Positions 10,713-20,227 of a DNA stretch of 64,000 nt are shown piece by piece (position 1 is the first letter of the stretch; each line of letters begins with the position of its first letter). This stretch comes from Candidatus Hodarchaeota archaeon (GTDB lineage: Archaea > Asgardarchaeota > Lokiarchaeia > Sigyniarchaeales > SOKP01): assembly GCA_048886685.1 (NCBI GenBank), contig JBHLKM010000017.1, positions 36,407 to 100,406 on the forward strand, written 5' to 3'. Both the position numbers and the translations under genes were made by a program. The notes beneath the pieces were generated by a model. The model was not told the origin of the DNA. It saw nothing but the letters and a program-made list of their open reading frames with translations, and ran no database searches.

Positions 10713-11849
10713 TCATCTTTTTATAATATTTAATAAATCATGTGCGTTCACTGAACGGAGACGTGGTAAGATATATTCATTATAATCCTCTTGATTAAAT
10801 TCTGCAATCAATTGAATCTTCTGAGGTTCAATTTCCTTAACACTTACAGCAGCAAGCTGATCCGCTTTGATGAGTCCATATGGGTATCCTGGATAAGATA
10901 GATCATTAGAATTATTGGCAAGATTTGATATTATCATTTCACGCTGATCTTCAGACATTTCCTTCGCTTGATCCAATAAAATATCAAATCGGAATGAATA
11001 TTGTGAATTTTTATGTAATTTTACAAAATACAAATCAGCTTGTTCTTGTGCTTTTGTAATTCTATAGACTGGATGATAATACCATGCACTCTCTGGAAAT
11101 TTTTGGTTACCCAAGTAATGAACTAATGAATTTAATGAATTTCCATTTTGAGTGAATAAACGACAAGTCTTGGAAAGCCCTGTAACTATTACTCCTTTTT
11201 TTCTTGCTGTTTGATATAAACTTTCAGCGATTTGATTCTCCCCAGTATAGCCAGATTGGAGTGAACCATCTCTTACAAAAATACAACCCTCATCTAATTC
11301 ATTTGAAATAAATTTGTTTGCATATGTCCATTCAGCAAACCTCATAGCAATTCCCCCAAAAATATCTATATTGGGTAAACGGAATCCTCCTTCTCTTATA
11401 GAAGGATCATTTATTGAAAATTTCAATTCTTCTTTTGGAAGATATTCTAAAAATTCGGATTCCGTTGGAAAGAAGCGTGTAATAAATGCTAATGTATTAT
11501 CGTCAAGAACATCAAGAATGGCAGCACTATAAAACTCTATTTTAACAGGTGTTTTAATAGGTTTAGTCCATCTATTTGAAGTAAATAAGACTCCAGCTAC
11601 ACGATTTAAACTTATATTAAAATCTGCGCTTCTTAGAATGGGACCATTTCCACCATCGACGAATCCTATGTTCTTAATATTTAAATCTTTACATTTTGGA
11701 ATTTCGAATATTTTATCTTCTTGAATCTCAAATGTCTCCTCTTCTGGATCAGACGAATAAGGTTCATCTTCTTTGGAGTATCCCAATTTTCGGCTTTCAA
11801 TAAATTCGACGCATTCTTTCAACGGATTTTTTCTTTTTTCAGCACACAT
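10713..11849 (-). CDS. nurA: NurA 5'-3' nuclease
   Basis: FVDGG, RFAEW, RDGSL, GLSKT, GYPYGL..AD motifs; first gene of the herA-mre11-rad50 operon. Confidence 0.9.
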   Translation of the reverse strand: MCAEKRKNPLKECVEFIESRKLGYSKEDEPYSSDPEEETFEIQEDKIFEIPKCKDLNIKNIGFVDGGNGPILRSADFNISLNRVAGVLFTSNRWTKPIKTPVKIEFYSAAILDVLDDNTLAFITRFFPTESEFLEYLPKEELKFSINDPSIREGGFRLPNIDIFGGIAMRFAEWTYANKFISNELDEGCIFVRDGSLQSGYTGENQIAESLYQTARKKGVIVTGLSKTCRLFTQNGNSLNSLVHYLGNQKFPESAWYYHPVYRITKAQEQADLYFVKLHKNSQYSFRFDILLDQAKEMSEDQREMIISNLANNSNDLSYPGYPYGLIKADQLAAVSVKEIEPQKIQLIAEFNQEDYNEYILPRLRSVNAHDLLNIIKR

Positions 11850-12106
11850 GTTTGTAAATTCGATGCTAGTTTTTCATTATATATCTTTTTTATTAATAAA
11901 TCATTTAGACTCAACAGATTTAACAGTTTTTAAGCAAATATTTAACTTTTTATTAATAGTTTATTCAATTCTCTCCTTTTAAATAAAAATTAAGATCAAG
12001 GTATAGCATATAAGGATAATATTACTACCATATTTTCTGGTTAATTCCTACATTTAAAACTGAAAGAGACTTGTTTTTTATATAATAAAAAGGAAATTAT
12101 ATTAGT

Positions 12107-12781
12107 ATGGGAGAAAAGAAAAATCTGGATCTCTCGTTGATGAATTTCATTGAACCAGATCAAGCTAGCCATGATTATTTTATCAATAGAGAATTTATCG
12201 ATTCAATAAACTTTGAGCTAAAAGGATTTGAGTTCTTCTTCGAATTTATTGGTTTAGATGAGAGAACAAAAAAAGAATTGTATTGTGTCCTTTCTGAGGC
12301 AAGAAGACTTCCCGCCGCATTAGGTGGATTTCATGGGGATTATCCAGGTGGTCTTTTTGATCATATTTTGTTAGTTGTTAATTACACAAATTTCATTTGT
12401 AGTACCTTAAAGGATAAATCATTGCTTAAAAAAGCAATCTTGACGGCTATATGCCATGATTTTGGGAAAGTTCAGTATTATGGATTTAAGCTTGATTTAA
12501 ATAATCGCAAAGTAAAAATTCATATCAACGACGCGAATACTGTTCGGTTGGAGCTCACTTCAAAATTTAAAGTAAGTGGAAGAGATAAACATGTGGAACA
12601 TGGAATAGCGGTCATCAAGAAATATTTATCTAAGCATACACAGTTATTTGATGATGAAATGTATCAGGCGATTGCATTCCACCATGGAAGTTGGAGTAAA
12701 TACCAACCACAGAAAATAAATGAATTAGCTTCCATTATTCATGTTGCTGATATGATTGCAAGTCAGGTTTTTAAAATTTAA
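12107..12781 (+). CDS. HD-domain phosphohydrolase (YhaM/Cbf1-like HD, no OB fold)
   Basis: FHGDYPGGLFDH...CHDFGK...H...FHHG...IHVADM. Confidence 0.85.
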   Translation: MGEKKNLDLSLMNFIEPDQASHDYFINREFIDSINFELKGFEFFFEFIGLDERTKKELYCVLSEARRLPAALGGFHGDYPGGLFDHILLVVNYTNFICSTLKDKSLLKKAILTAICHDFGKVQYYGFKLDLNNRKVKIHINDANTVRLELTSKFKVSGRDKHVEHGIAVIKKYLSKHTQLFDDEMYQAIAFHHGSWSKYQPQKINELASIIHVADMIASQVFKI

Positions 12782-12819
12782 AGATATTGACATAAAATAA
12801 TGTAAAGGTACTGATTTTA

Positions 12820-13707
12820 TTGAGCATGGAAGATACTGTTATAAAAATAGTTCTTGAGGATTTATTAGCACGCTATAAAGATAACATTATTGCAATTTAT
12901 GGAATAGGAAGTTATTTTGATGAGGAGATTCCTGCTTCAAGGGTAAAACCAGATATTGATCTCGTTGTAATAGCTAAATCTTTAGATTCATTTCCTGAAG
13001 TTGAGTGGACGAATGTGAGATTTAGTAGGAGAAAAATAGAAGGGAAAGAAGTATGGATTGGCTTTAACACATTAGAAGGATTCCAAAATAAAGAAATTTT
13101 TAGTAAACAATCATTTTCAAATTTCGAGTGGAGTGTTTTAGATATCAAATATCCTGAAAACTCTTCACTATTATATGGTAAAGATATTCGAGACCAACTA
13201 CCTGAAATTCAACGATCCCAATTTGATTTCGGCGACATATTAGCGCGAGGTCTGTATCATCTTGATAAGAGTCTTGGCGAACAAGACCAAAATATTGCTA
13301 TGAGAAAGTTTTCAAAAGGAGTGTTTAAAACTGGCTTCTATTTGTGTATCTATTTTAACGAGGGTTTCAGAGATACAGGAATCCTACAAATTGGAAATAA
13401 ACTAAAAGAAATATGCGAAATAGTAAAAAGAATTGGGGATATTCTAGGATATTTCGAAGAAACTATAATTTATAGAAGTACTGGTCATTTTATGACTGAA
13501 TTCGAGAAGCTCAGAAAAGAATTCATAAATTTCATTTTTTCCTTGTTAGAAACTGGAGGTTTACATAAAAAAATGACCGCTTCTGAATTAAAAGATTATT
13601 TGGCTACTTCTTTTAGTGGATTCGCTCATCTAATACATTTTCTTAAGAAATCCGAGACAATTAAAGAATCACAATTACGTAAAAAGGAAGCAAATTATCA
13701 TTGTTAA
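12820..13707 (+). CDS. Pol-beta superfamily nucleotidyltransferase with C-terminal helical domain
   Basis: IYGIGSY...DIDLVV motif, followed by a helical substrate-binding/HEPN-like region. Confidence 0.75.
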   Translation: MSMEDTVIKIVLEDLLARYKDNIIAIYGIGSYFDEEIPASRVKPDIDLVVIAKSLDSFPEVEWTNVRFSRRKIEGKEVWIGFNTLEGFQNKEIFSKQSFSNFEWSVLDIKYPENSSLLYGKDIRDQLPEIQRSQFDFGDILARGLYHLDKSLGEQDQNIAMRKFSKGVFKTGFYLCIYFNEGFRDTGILQIGNKLKEICEIVKRIGDILGYFEETIIYRSTGHFMTEFEKLRKEFINFIFSLLETGGLHKKMTASELKDYLATSFSGFAHLIHFLKKSETIKESQLRKKEANYHC

Positions 13708-14137
13708 TACAAATATAATTACTACTAAATTGATCTTAGCTATTCTTTTTTCTATTTTAAGTCACCATAAATTTTTTCAAAAGATTCCTTGATCAATAAT
13801 GATCAAAAACTGAATATATCTTTTTAATTTAAAAAGATTCTTTCGAAAATAACTAGTAAAAGGTGAAAGAATAGTATTGAAACATATATTTTGGTGGTAA
13901 AGATTGGCGAATTACTAGTAAAATTAAAAGAGCTAATAAGTTTGACTCTGATCGATTCAAAAGGAGTACTGATTAGTTCTGAACAATCCTAACAAGCAAA
14001 TTTAATCATTTTCTTTTACTTTTCCAAAAGTGTTAAAACTTATAGAAAAAAAGTAAATATATATAAAGAATTTTTACGTTTTAGTATCTTAGATGTGTTT
14101 ATTGTTCCAATTAAGAAGAAAGCTATATTCATAGGAG

Positions 14138-16513
14138 GTGGATGTGTTTTTGGTTTCTTTAAATATTAAATTAGAGAATTTTGAAGAAGAATGTATAAAA
14201 AGTATTGATTCAATATTCGATGCCTATTTTTTAATCTCAAAAGCAAATATAGTAATGGTTTATAGAATTAAAGACAAACTTCTTAATTTATATTTTGGTA
14301 AAGAAAATCTTCAAGGAGAAGATATTATCAATTTATTCAATTTTCAAATTCAACATGATCGAAAGAAAGAATTTAAACGAAGAATTTTAGAAAAAAAACC
14401 TCAAGTATTTGAGTTTAGTATAAGGGTAAATGATCGATTTGTTTATTATAATGTATTTATCTTTATTTTAGCTAATGACCGAATGCTCATTAGTTTTCGT
14501 AATATTGATTCTCATAAGAAAATTGAGCTTGATTTGGCTGAAGAAAGAAACGCATTAAAAAATATTATCGAATTAAATCCTTATGCTATTGAAATAAAGG
14601 ATGTTGAGGGACGTCATGTCAGTGCTAATAAAGCGTTCATAGATATGTTTAAATCTGTGGCTCCACCTGAATACTCTATCTTTAAAGATCCTCACCTCAA
14701 AAAAAGAGGATTATTGGATAAAATTTTAAAATTAAGGGAAGGTAAGGTTGTTATAATGGGAGAACATTGGTATGATGTTCGCGACTCCGCAAGAGAAGCT
14801 GGTTTTAATTTAGAGGATTATCCGAGCTCACCAATTTGCCATAAAGCCGTTGCGTTTCCAATCTTTGACAGAGAGGGTAAAATAAAGAATTATATTATGA
14901 TGCATGAAGATATTACTGCGCGTAAGATAGCTGAGAGAAAACTGCGTGAGAGTGAAGAAAGATTTCGCACTCTAGTCGAAACTACTAGTGATTGGATTTG
15001 GGAAGTGGATGCAAATTCCGTATTTACTTATATAAGTCCAAAAATTAGAGATATATTAGGATATGATCCAGAAGAAATGATTGGCAAAACACCTTTTGAT
15101 TTAATGCCTTTAGATGAAGCAGAACATGTACAAAATATTTTTCAAACCATACTTGAATCCGATAAATCTTTTAAAATACTTGAAAATACAAATATACATA
15201 AGAATGGAAGTTCAATAGTAATTGAAACAAGTGGAGTGCCAATTTTTGATGAAAACCGGCAGCTTTTAGGTTATCGTGGCATCAGCCGTGATATTACCAA
15301 GCATAAAAAAGCAGAACAGAAATTAAAAGAATCTGAAGAAATGTATCGGAATTTATTTAATAGTACGCCCTATGCAATTTGGCTCGTAGATTTAAAAGGG
15401 AAAATAATTGATTGCAATGAAACTATGGATAAATTTCTAGCAATATTTAAATATAGTGATTTAATAGGAAAGTCTTTTAGAGATGTACTTAAAATGTTTG
15501 CACGTGAAGGTGATCCAAGATTTGAAAATTTAGAGAAACTTATGAGAGATAGATTTAAAATATTACTAAAAAAAGGATACATTAAACCTATTGAATTCGA
15601 AATTAATAGGGGTGATGGTAAAAGCTTTTGGATAACCTTAGAATCGTCCTTTGTCAAAATCGGTGAAAAAAGACTTATTCAAACATTTATTAAGGATATT
15701 ACAGAGAAAAAATTAGCTGAAATTGAATTAGAAGATTTAAGGAGAGATTTAGAAAAAAGAGTAAAAGAGAGAACTATCAAGCTGGAAAATTCAGAAAAAA
15801 AATATCGGATGGCGTATAATAGAGCAAATTGTTTTAAAGGACTGTTTACTCATGATATTTCTAATATGTTTCATACAATTGGTAATTCTATAGATCTATG
15901 TGATGTTTTATTAAAAGAGGGAGTGAAAAATGATAATCTGATTGATTATTTTGATGTAATTGAGCAACAAATTAATAGAGGAAAAAGATTAATAAATAAT
16001 ATTAAAAGCTTATCAGAAATCGAGGAATCTGAGATACCCTTAGTATCTACAGAGGTTTTTGACAAACTGAGAAGCGCTATTCAATTTGTTAAAATAAATT
16101 TCCAGAAGCGAGATATTAGCTTCAATATTGAGTCGGATTTTGATGAGATTTATGTACTTGCTAATGACTTATTACTTGATGTATTTGAAAATATTCTTAT
16201 TAACTCTGTACTTTATAATAAAAATGAATCCATAGAAATTGAAATTAACATTTCTAAATTGAGAGAAAATGAGATATCATATATTAAATTAGAATTTAAA
16301 GATAATGGTATTGGTATAAAAGATAATAGAAAAAGTCTCATATTCATGGAGAATTATAAAAAAAGAACTGAATCTAAAGGTATGGGACTTGGACTTTCTT
16401 TAGTCGCAAAATTTTTAGACCTTTGTGAGGGTAAAATCTGGGTTGAGGATAGAGTTAAAGGAGATTATAGTCAAGGAAGCAATTTTATTATTTTAATACC
16501 AGAAGTAGAATAA
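14138..16513 (+). CDS. Cytoplasmic multi-PAS sensor histidine kinase
   Basis: Several PAS/PAC repeats (EDIT.RK, RDITKHK, KDITEKK), H-box THDISN, N-box FENILIN, DNGIGI, GMGLGL, GSNF. Confidence 0.93.
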   Translation: MDVFLVSLNIKLENFEEECIKSIDSIFDAYFLISKANIVMVYRIKDKLLNLYFGKENLQGEDIINLFNFQIQHDRKKEFKRRILEKKPQVFEFSIRVNDRFVYYNVFIFILANDRMLISFRNIDSHKKIELDLAEERNALKNIIELNPYAIEIKDVEGRHVSANKAFIDMFKSVAPPEYSIFKDPHLKKRGLLDKILKLREGKVVIMGEHWYDVRDSAREAGFNLEDYPSSPICHKAVAFPIFDREGKIKNYIMMHEDITARKIAERKLRESEERFRTLVETTSDWIWEVDANSVFTYISPKIRDILGYDPEEMIGKTPFDLMPLDEAEHVQNIFQTILESDKSFKILENTNIHKNGSSIVIETSGVPIFDENRQLLGYRGISRDITKHKKAEQKLKESEEMYRNLFNSTPYAIWLVDLKGKIIDCNETMDKFLAIFKYSDLIGKSFRDVLKMFAREGDPRFENLEKLMRDRFKILLKKGYIKPIEFEINRGDGKSFWITLESSFVKIGEKRLIQTFIKDITEKKLAEIELEDLRRDLEKRVKERTIKLENSEKKYRMAYNRANCFKGLFTHDISNMFHTIGNSIDLCDVLLKEGVKNDNLIDYFDVIEQQINRGKRLINNIKSLSEIEESEIPLVSTEVFDKLRSAIQFVKINFQKRDISFNIESDFDEIYVLANDLLLDVFENILINSVLYNKNESIEIEINISKLRENEISYIKLEFKDNGIGIKDNRKSLIFMENYKKRTESKGMGLGLSLVAKFLDLCEGKIWVEDRVKGDYSQGSNFIILIPEVE

Positions 16514-16573
16514 TTTGGGATAGATTTAAAAATATTATTAATTATAAACTAGAAATCTAAAATATATTCAAAT

Positions 16574-17401
16574 ATGAATGATAAACAGCCTAAAGAAATA
16601 AAAAAATCGAAAAAAGAAGTAAAATGGTATACATATGTAGATTCTTCACTCAATAATAAATTAAAAGAGTTCATGAAACAATATAACATCAAAAATCAAG
16701 CAAAAATAATAAGAGATTCCGTTAATTACTATTTGGATTATGTAGAGCGAGTATTAGAAAAATCTACTGAAACAAAAGATTTTAATGAGAAGATTATTGA
16801 TGATTTTATTAGAGAAGCGATTGATGGTTATGAATTAAGTAATACTTTTTATGCAGAGTTAAAACAGAAACTTTCACCACTCAAGGTATCAATTCTGATG
16901 TTAAATAGCTTTTTAAATGAACCAAATAAATTATCTGAAAGTATTGACAATGTTAAGCAGGCTTCACTTGAATTAGAAAGTTCAATAAAACGGCGTTTTG
17001 AAGAACCAAAATTTATAAGACATATAAAAAAATTTGATATCTTATATATTGAAGATAATGAACTGGAACGAACCACGGTTAAAAAATATTTCAAGACTAA
17101 AGGTGTAAATATTAAAGCTGTCGAAACTTCTGAAGAGGGATTAGATATTTTAAAAACGTCTACTCCTCAAGCTATCTTACTCGATATTGATTTAAAGACA
17201 AGTAATATTAATGGAATAAAATTGAGTCAAATACTAAAAAATAAAGTGGAATACAGAGAAATTCCAATTATATTAATATCTGCGGTTATTTCAGAAAAAG
17301 AAAAGAAGAAGGTATTAAAAATTTCTCAAGCAGACGATATAATTATTAAACCTATTGATAAACTAACAGATTTAGATGTACTATTGAAATTTCTCAAATA
17401 G
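16574..17401 (+). CDS. Response regulator with N-terminal ribbon-helix-helix-like domain and C-terminal receiver
   Basis: REC intact: YIEDN, LLDID, ISA, KP. N-terminal KWYTYVDSSLNNKLKEFMKQYNIKNQAKIIRDSVNYYL is RHH/CopG-like. Confidence 0.85.
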   Translation: MNDKQPKEIKKSKKEVKWYTYVDSSLNNKLKEFMKQYNIKNQAKIIRDSVNYYLDYVERVLEKSTETKDFNEKIIDDFIREAIDGYELSNTFYAELKQKLSPLKVSILMLNSFLNEPNKLSESIDNVKQASLELESSIKRRFEEPKFIRHIKKFDILYIEDNELERTTVKKYFKTKGVNIKAVETSEEGLDILKTSTPQAILLDIDLKTSNINGIKLSQILKNKVEYREIPIILISAVISEKEKKKVLKISQADDIIIKPIDKLTDLDVLLKFLK

Positions 17402-17539
17402 GTTATTGATTTGTATTTTAAATTTATTTTATTAATATAAAATTCAGAAAATCTTATTTCCGAATAAGTGATATTTATGGATTAATAAGATAAAGTTTCA
17501 GGAATAGAAAAATAAAAAAAAAGTGATTGAAAAGATAGG

Positions 17540-17743
17540 TTATAAATCTCGAGCTTTTACAGTTTTTCGGTTATTTCCTTTTGCTCGTGCAACGGCTTTA
17601 TCAAGTAGTTCCATGATGATACCATTTAAAGCATCTCCATCAAGAACTCCGCTGCTAGTATTACATCCTTTCCCTTTGATATATTCTCGTACCTTGGATT
17701 TTACATATAACGGTTCAGCACCCTTTTTTGCCAACTTACTCAT
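17540..17743 (-). CDS. Prokaryotic histone-fold protein, short-alpha3 (face-to-face/Bd0055-like) type
   Basis: LYVKSKVREYIK....NTS....DAL......LLDKAVARAK.NNRKTVKARDL, ending right after RKT-x-x-x-x-D. True start may be TTG at 17734 (MAKKG), downstream of GAGG. Confidence 0.88.
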   Translation of the reverse strand: MSKLAKKGAEPLYVKSKVREYIKGKGCNTSSGVLDGDALNGIIMELLDKAVARAKGNNRKTVKARDL

Positions 17744-18154
17744 CCTCTTTTTTATTATTTTTTTTAAGAATTTTTTAGAATTTTAATAAAATACGGTTTA
17801 AAATTGAATTAAATAATTTTTTTGTTAAGTATTAATTTTTCAACTGTATTATTAAATCTTTGTAATTTTAGGACAACATTTTGAAATTCCTTTTTTTCTA
17901 CCGAATTTATGGGAGAATTTAAAAGTGGAATTATAACTCTTAAAAACTAAATTAGACAAAAATTCGCAAACTTACTGCTTTTATCTACTTCCACTGCTTC
18001 TAGCTCTATTGGAAATCAAAATAATTTTATGAATTTTAACTAATTGACTGCATTTTCGCAAAATAAACTTATTGAGTCTTGAAGAGTGGGAATATTATAA
18101 AAAAAAAGATAAAGGTTGTTATTTTGTTTGTATGAAGTGAAAATGTAAATCTCT

Positions 18155-18433
18155 TTATTTTGGTGGTGCTAGTACAATTTCAATGCTTGAAACATTGTTA
18201 TTTTGCCCATTTTCCCCTTCTAATTGTTCAGTGCTTAGTTTGATGTCCTTATACTCAGTACCCTTTAAGAATCTATTTCTGAGAATTTCACACACATCAA
18301 CTGCATGTGAAATAGCTCTCCCTCGGGCTTTGACAGTGCATTCTTCACCTTTATTAAGGATCATCATAGTGGCCATCACATAGTTCATAGTTGGACGACG
18401 GCCAACAAAGACAGCATTTTCTTCTTTTGCCAT
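18155..18433 (-). CDS. albA: DNA/RNA-binding chromatin protein Alba
   Basis: [33 protein letters not shown]; GAGG SD. Confidence 0.95.
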   Translation of the reverse strand: MAKEENAVFVGRRPTMNYVMATMMILNKGEECTVKARGRAISHAVDVCEILRNRFLKGTEYKDIKLSTEQLEGENGQNNNVSSIEIVLAPPK

Positions 18434-18705
18434 ATTTATTTCCTCTTTTGTTTTTAATTTTTAATTGTATATCTATATTTCATATAGTTTTTTTGCGTTT
18501 CCGTATTACGTATTAAAGTTTTCTCGTAATTCTAATTTCAAATTACGGTAATAACATTTTCTTGAAATTTTAGAAATTTTTTAAACTTTATTGTCTGATT
18601 AATAACGAATTTGGATAAATTGTAGCAATTTCTCAATTTAAAACTGTTAAAACCCTTTAAAACTGATTGTAAAAAAGGAAAAAAAAGTAGAGTTATTTTG
18701 ATTAT

Positions 18706-18945
18706 TTATAAGCCTGATAATCTTACGCCAAGATAGAATAGAAGCCAAGAGAAAAATAATACAATTATCGCAATTAAGCCCCATGTTTGATATTGATCGA
18801 AATCTCCAAGCGTTAATTCTATATGGACTAATAACTCATTAGTTTCTGGTAATAAAAATAGTATATCGATTATAATAAATAACCCGAATGCTAATAAAAG
18901 GAAGCTTATAAACACTGTAAATTTAGTTGGTGGTGTCCATCCCAT
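18706..18945 (-). CDS. Small two-TM membrane protein
   Basis: 79 aa with two hydrophobic helices; purine-rich (AAGGGA) upstream region. Confidence 0.7.
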   Translation of the reverse strand: MGWTPPTKFTVFISFLLLAFGLFIIIDILFLLPETNELLVHIELTLGDFDQYQTWGLIAIIVLFFSWLLFYLGVRLSGL

Positions 18946-19047
18946 TTGCTTATCCCTTTTTTTATTAATTTCTGATTAATTTTAGAGATTTTATTGAAAA
19001 GAACTAGCATTATATTATTTACTCTATATTTTATAAATCTACTCTAT

Positions 19048-19722
19048 TTAATTATTTTTAGTGAAATCAATATCAATCTCTTTTTTAATTTTTTCTTCAT
19101 TGTAAATTATATTTTTACTTTCTATTTCTTCCTCATCCTCTTCTTTTTTAGCTAGGTCATAAATCAAGCTAATAACAAGTAATACTGAGACAATTACAAG
19201 GAGAGGAATTAATAATCCTGAATCTGTTAATGCAATTTTTACCCAACCTATATATGGTATCCTACCTACAACTACACCAAGAATTCTTGTTTCGGGTACC
19301 CAGACTGCATCAGGATAAGGATTTGCATCTCCTTTCGTTAAAAAAAACCAACCATTATCATACATCTTATCGATAACTCGATGAACAATGGGTTCACTCG
19401 GAGGTTTAATCCATCCCAATAGTCCGCGTGCATCAAAAACAATAATATCTCCTTCTTTTCCTTCGATTGTACCATTTTTTATATTTTCAGCATCTTTTCC
19501 TCTTAAAAATAACAAATCTCCTTTATGTAGGTTAGGTTCCATAGAACCTGAAACAACGACTACCATTGGTGTTTTGGTATTTAATGAAACTTGCATTATA
19601 AAGTAAACTAAAAAAGCTCCAGAAAAAGCAACACCCAGTAAAATTACTGCTACAAATATCTTTCTTTTTAATGAAGTTTCTTTTTCATATTTGACTGGTG
19701 CTTTTATGTTTTTTCTCTTCAT
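19048..19722 (-). CDS. sec11: Signal peptidase I (Sec11/S26B type)
   Basis: N-terminal TM, VVSGSMEP, IVHRV, TKGDAN, IPYIG, C-terminal TM. Confidence 0.93.
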   Translation of the reverse strand: MKRKNIKAPVKYEKETSLKRKIFVAVILLGVAFSGAFLVYFIMQVSLNTKTPMVVVVSGSMEPNLHKGDLLFLRGKDAENIKNGTIEGKEGDIIVFDARGLLGWIKPPSEPIVHRVIDKMYDNGWFFLTKGDANPYPDAVWVPETRILGVVVGRIPYIGWVKIALTDSGLLIPLLVIVSVLLVISLIYDLAKKEEDEEEIESKNIIYNEEKIKKEIDIDFTKNN

Positions 19723-19858
19723 AGTTATATTTTTATCGTCTTATGGACTATGTAATTAAAACTATAATTAAAATTTTCTATAATCAATGAATCTATTGAC
19801 AAAAAATAACAAAAAAATGCTATAGTTCTAAGATTTTGTTCTCTTGCCGTTCGTTTAA

Positions 19859-20155
19859 ACAATAGAAGTTTCACAAAGTAAACCCTCAACAGAAAGTAGA
19901 AAAGCTAAATTAGAAGGAGATGAATTTGAAGTCATCTCAGAATCCTGTAATAATAGTGTGGTAGTTCTTGAAAATCCCATTAGACGTAAAATGTGTCCTA
20001 CTTGTGGAAATGAGGGATTAATTCATGAAGTAGATGACAAAAACATCATTTTATTAGATTATCTCCGAATATCTGGTAAGAAAAACTACTGTCCTAAATG
20101 TGGATATGAATGGTGGAAGTTAATAAACCCAAATAATGCTTTAGAGTGTATTTAA
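19859..20155 (+). pseudogene. Zinc-ribbon protein or 3' remnant of a longer gene
   Basis: CPTC..CPKCGYEW ribbon. The frame stays open and protein-like (TIEVSQSKPSTESRKAKLEGDEFEVISE) for 33 codons upstream of the GTG at 19958, with no start codon, up to TAA at 19856-19858. Confidence 0.5.
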
Positions 20156-20227
20156 ATATAGTCTTAAATACTATATTATTCAATGTGATTATATAATTAT
20201 TTTAAAATTTATTATTTAAAACTCAAA

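Noticed and set aside
19787-19858. Second possible intron joining ATG 19787 to the zinc-ribbon frame
   Set aside because: The ATG is in frame, but three stops would have to be removed and I could not build a BHB/BHL fold that spans them.
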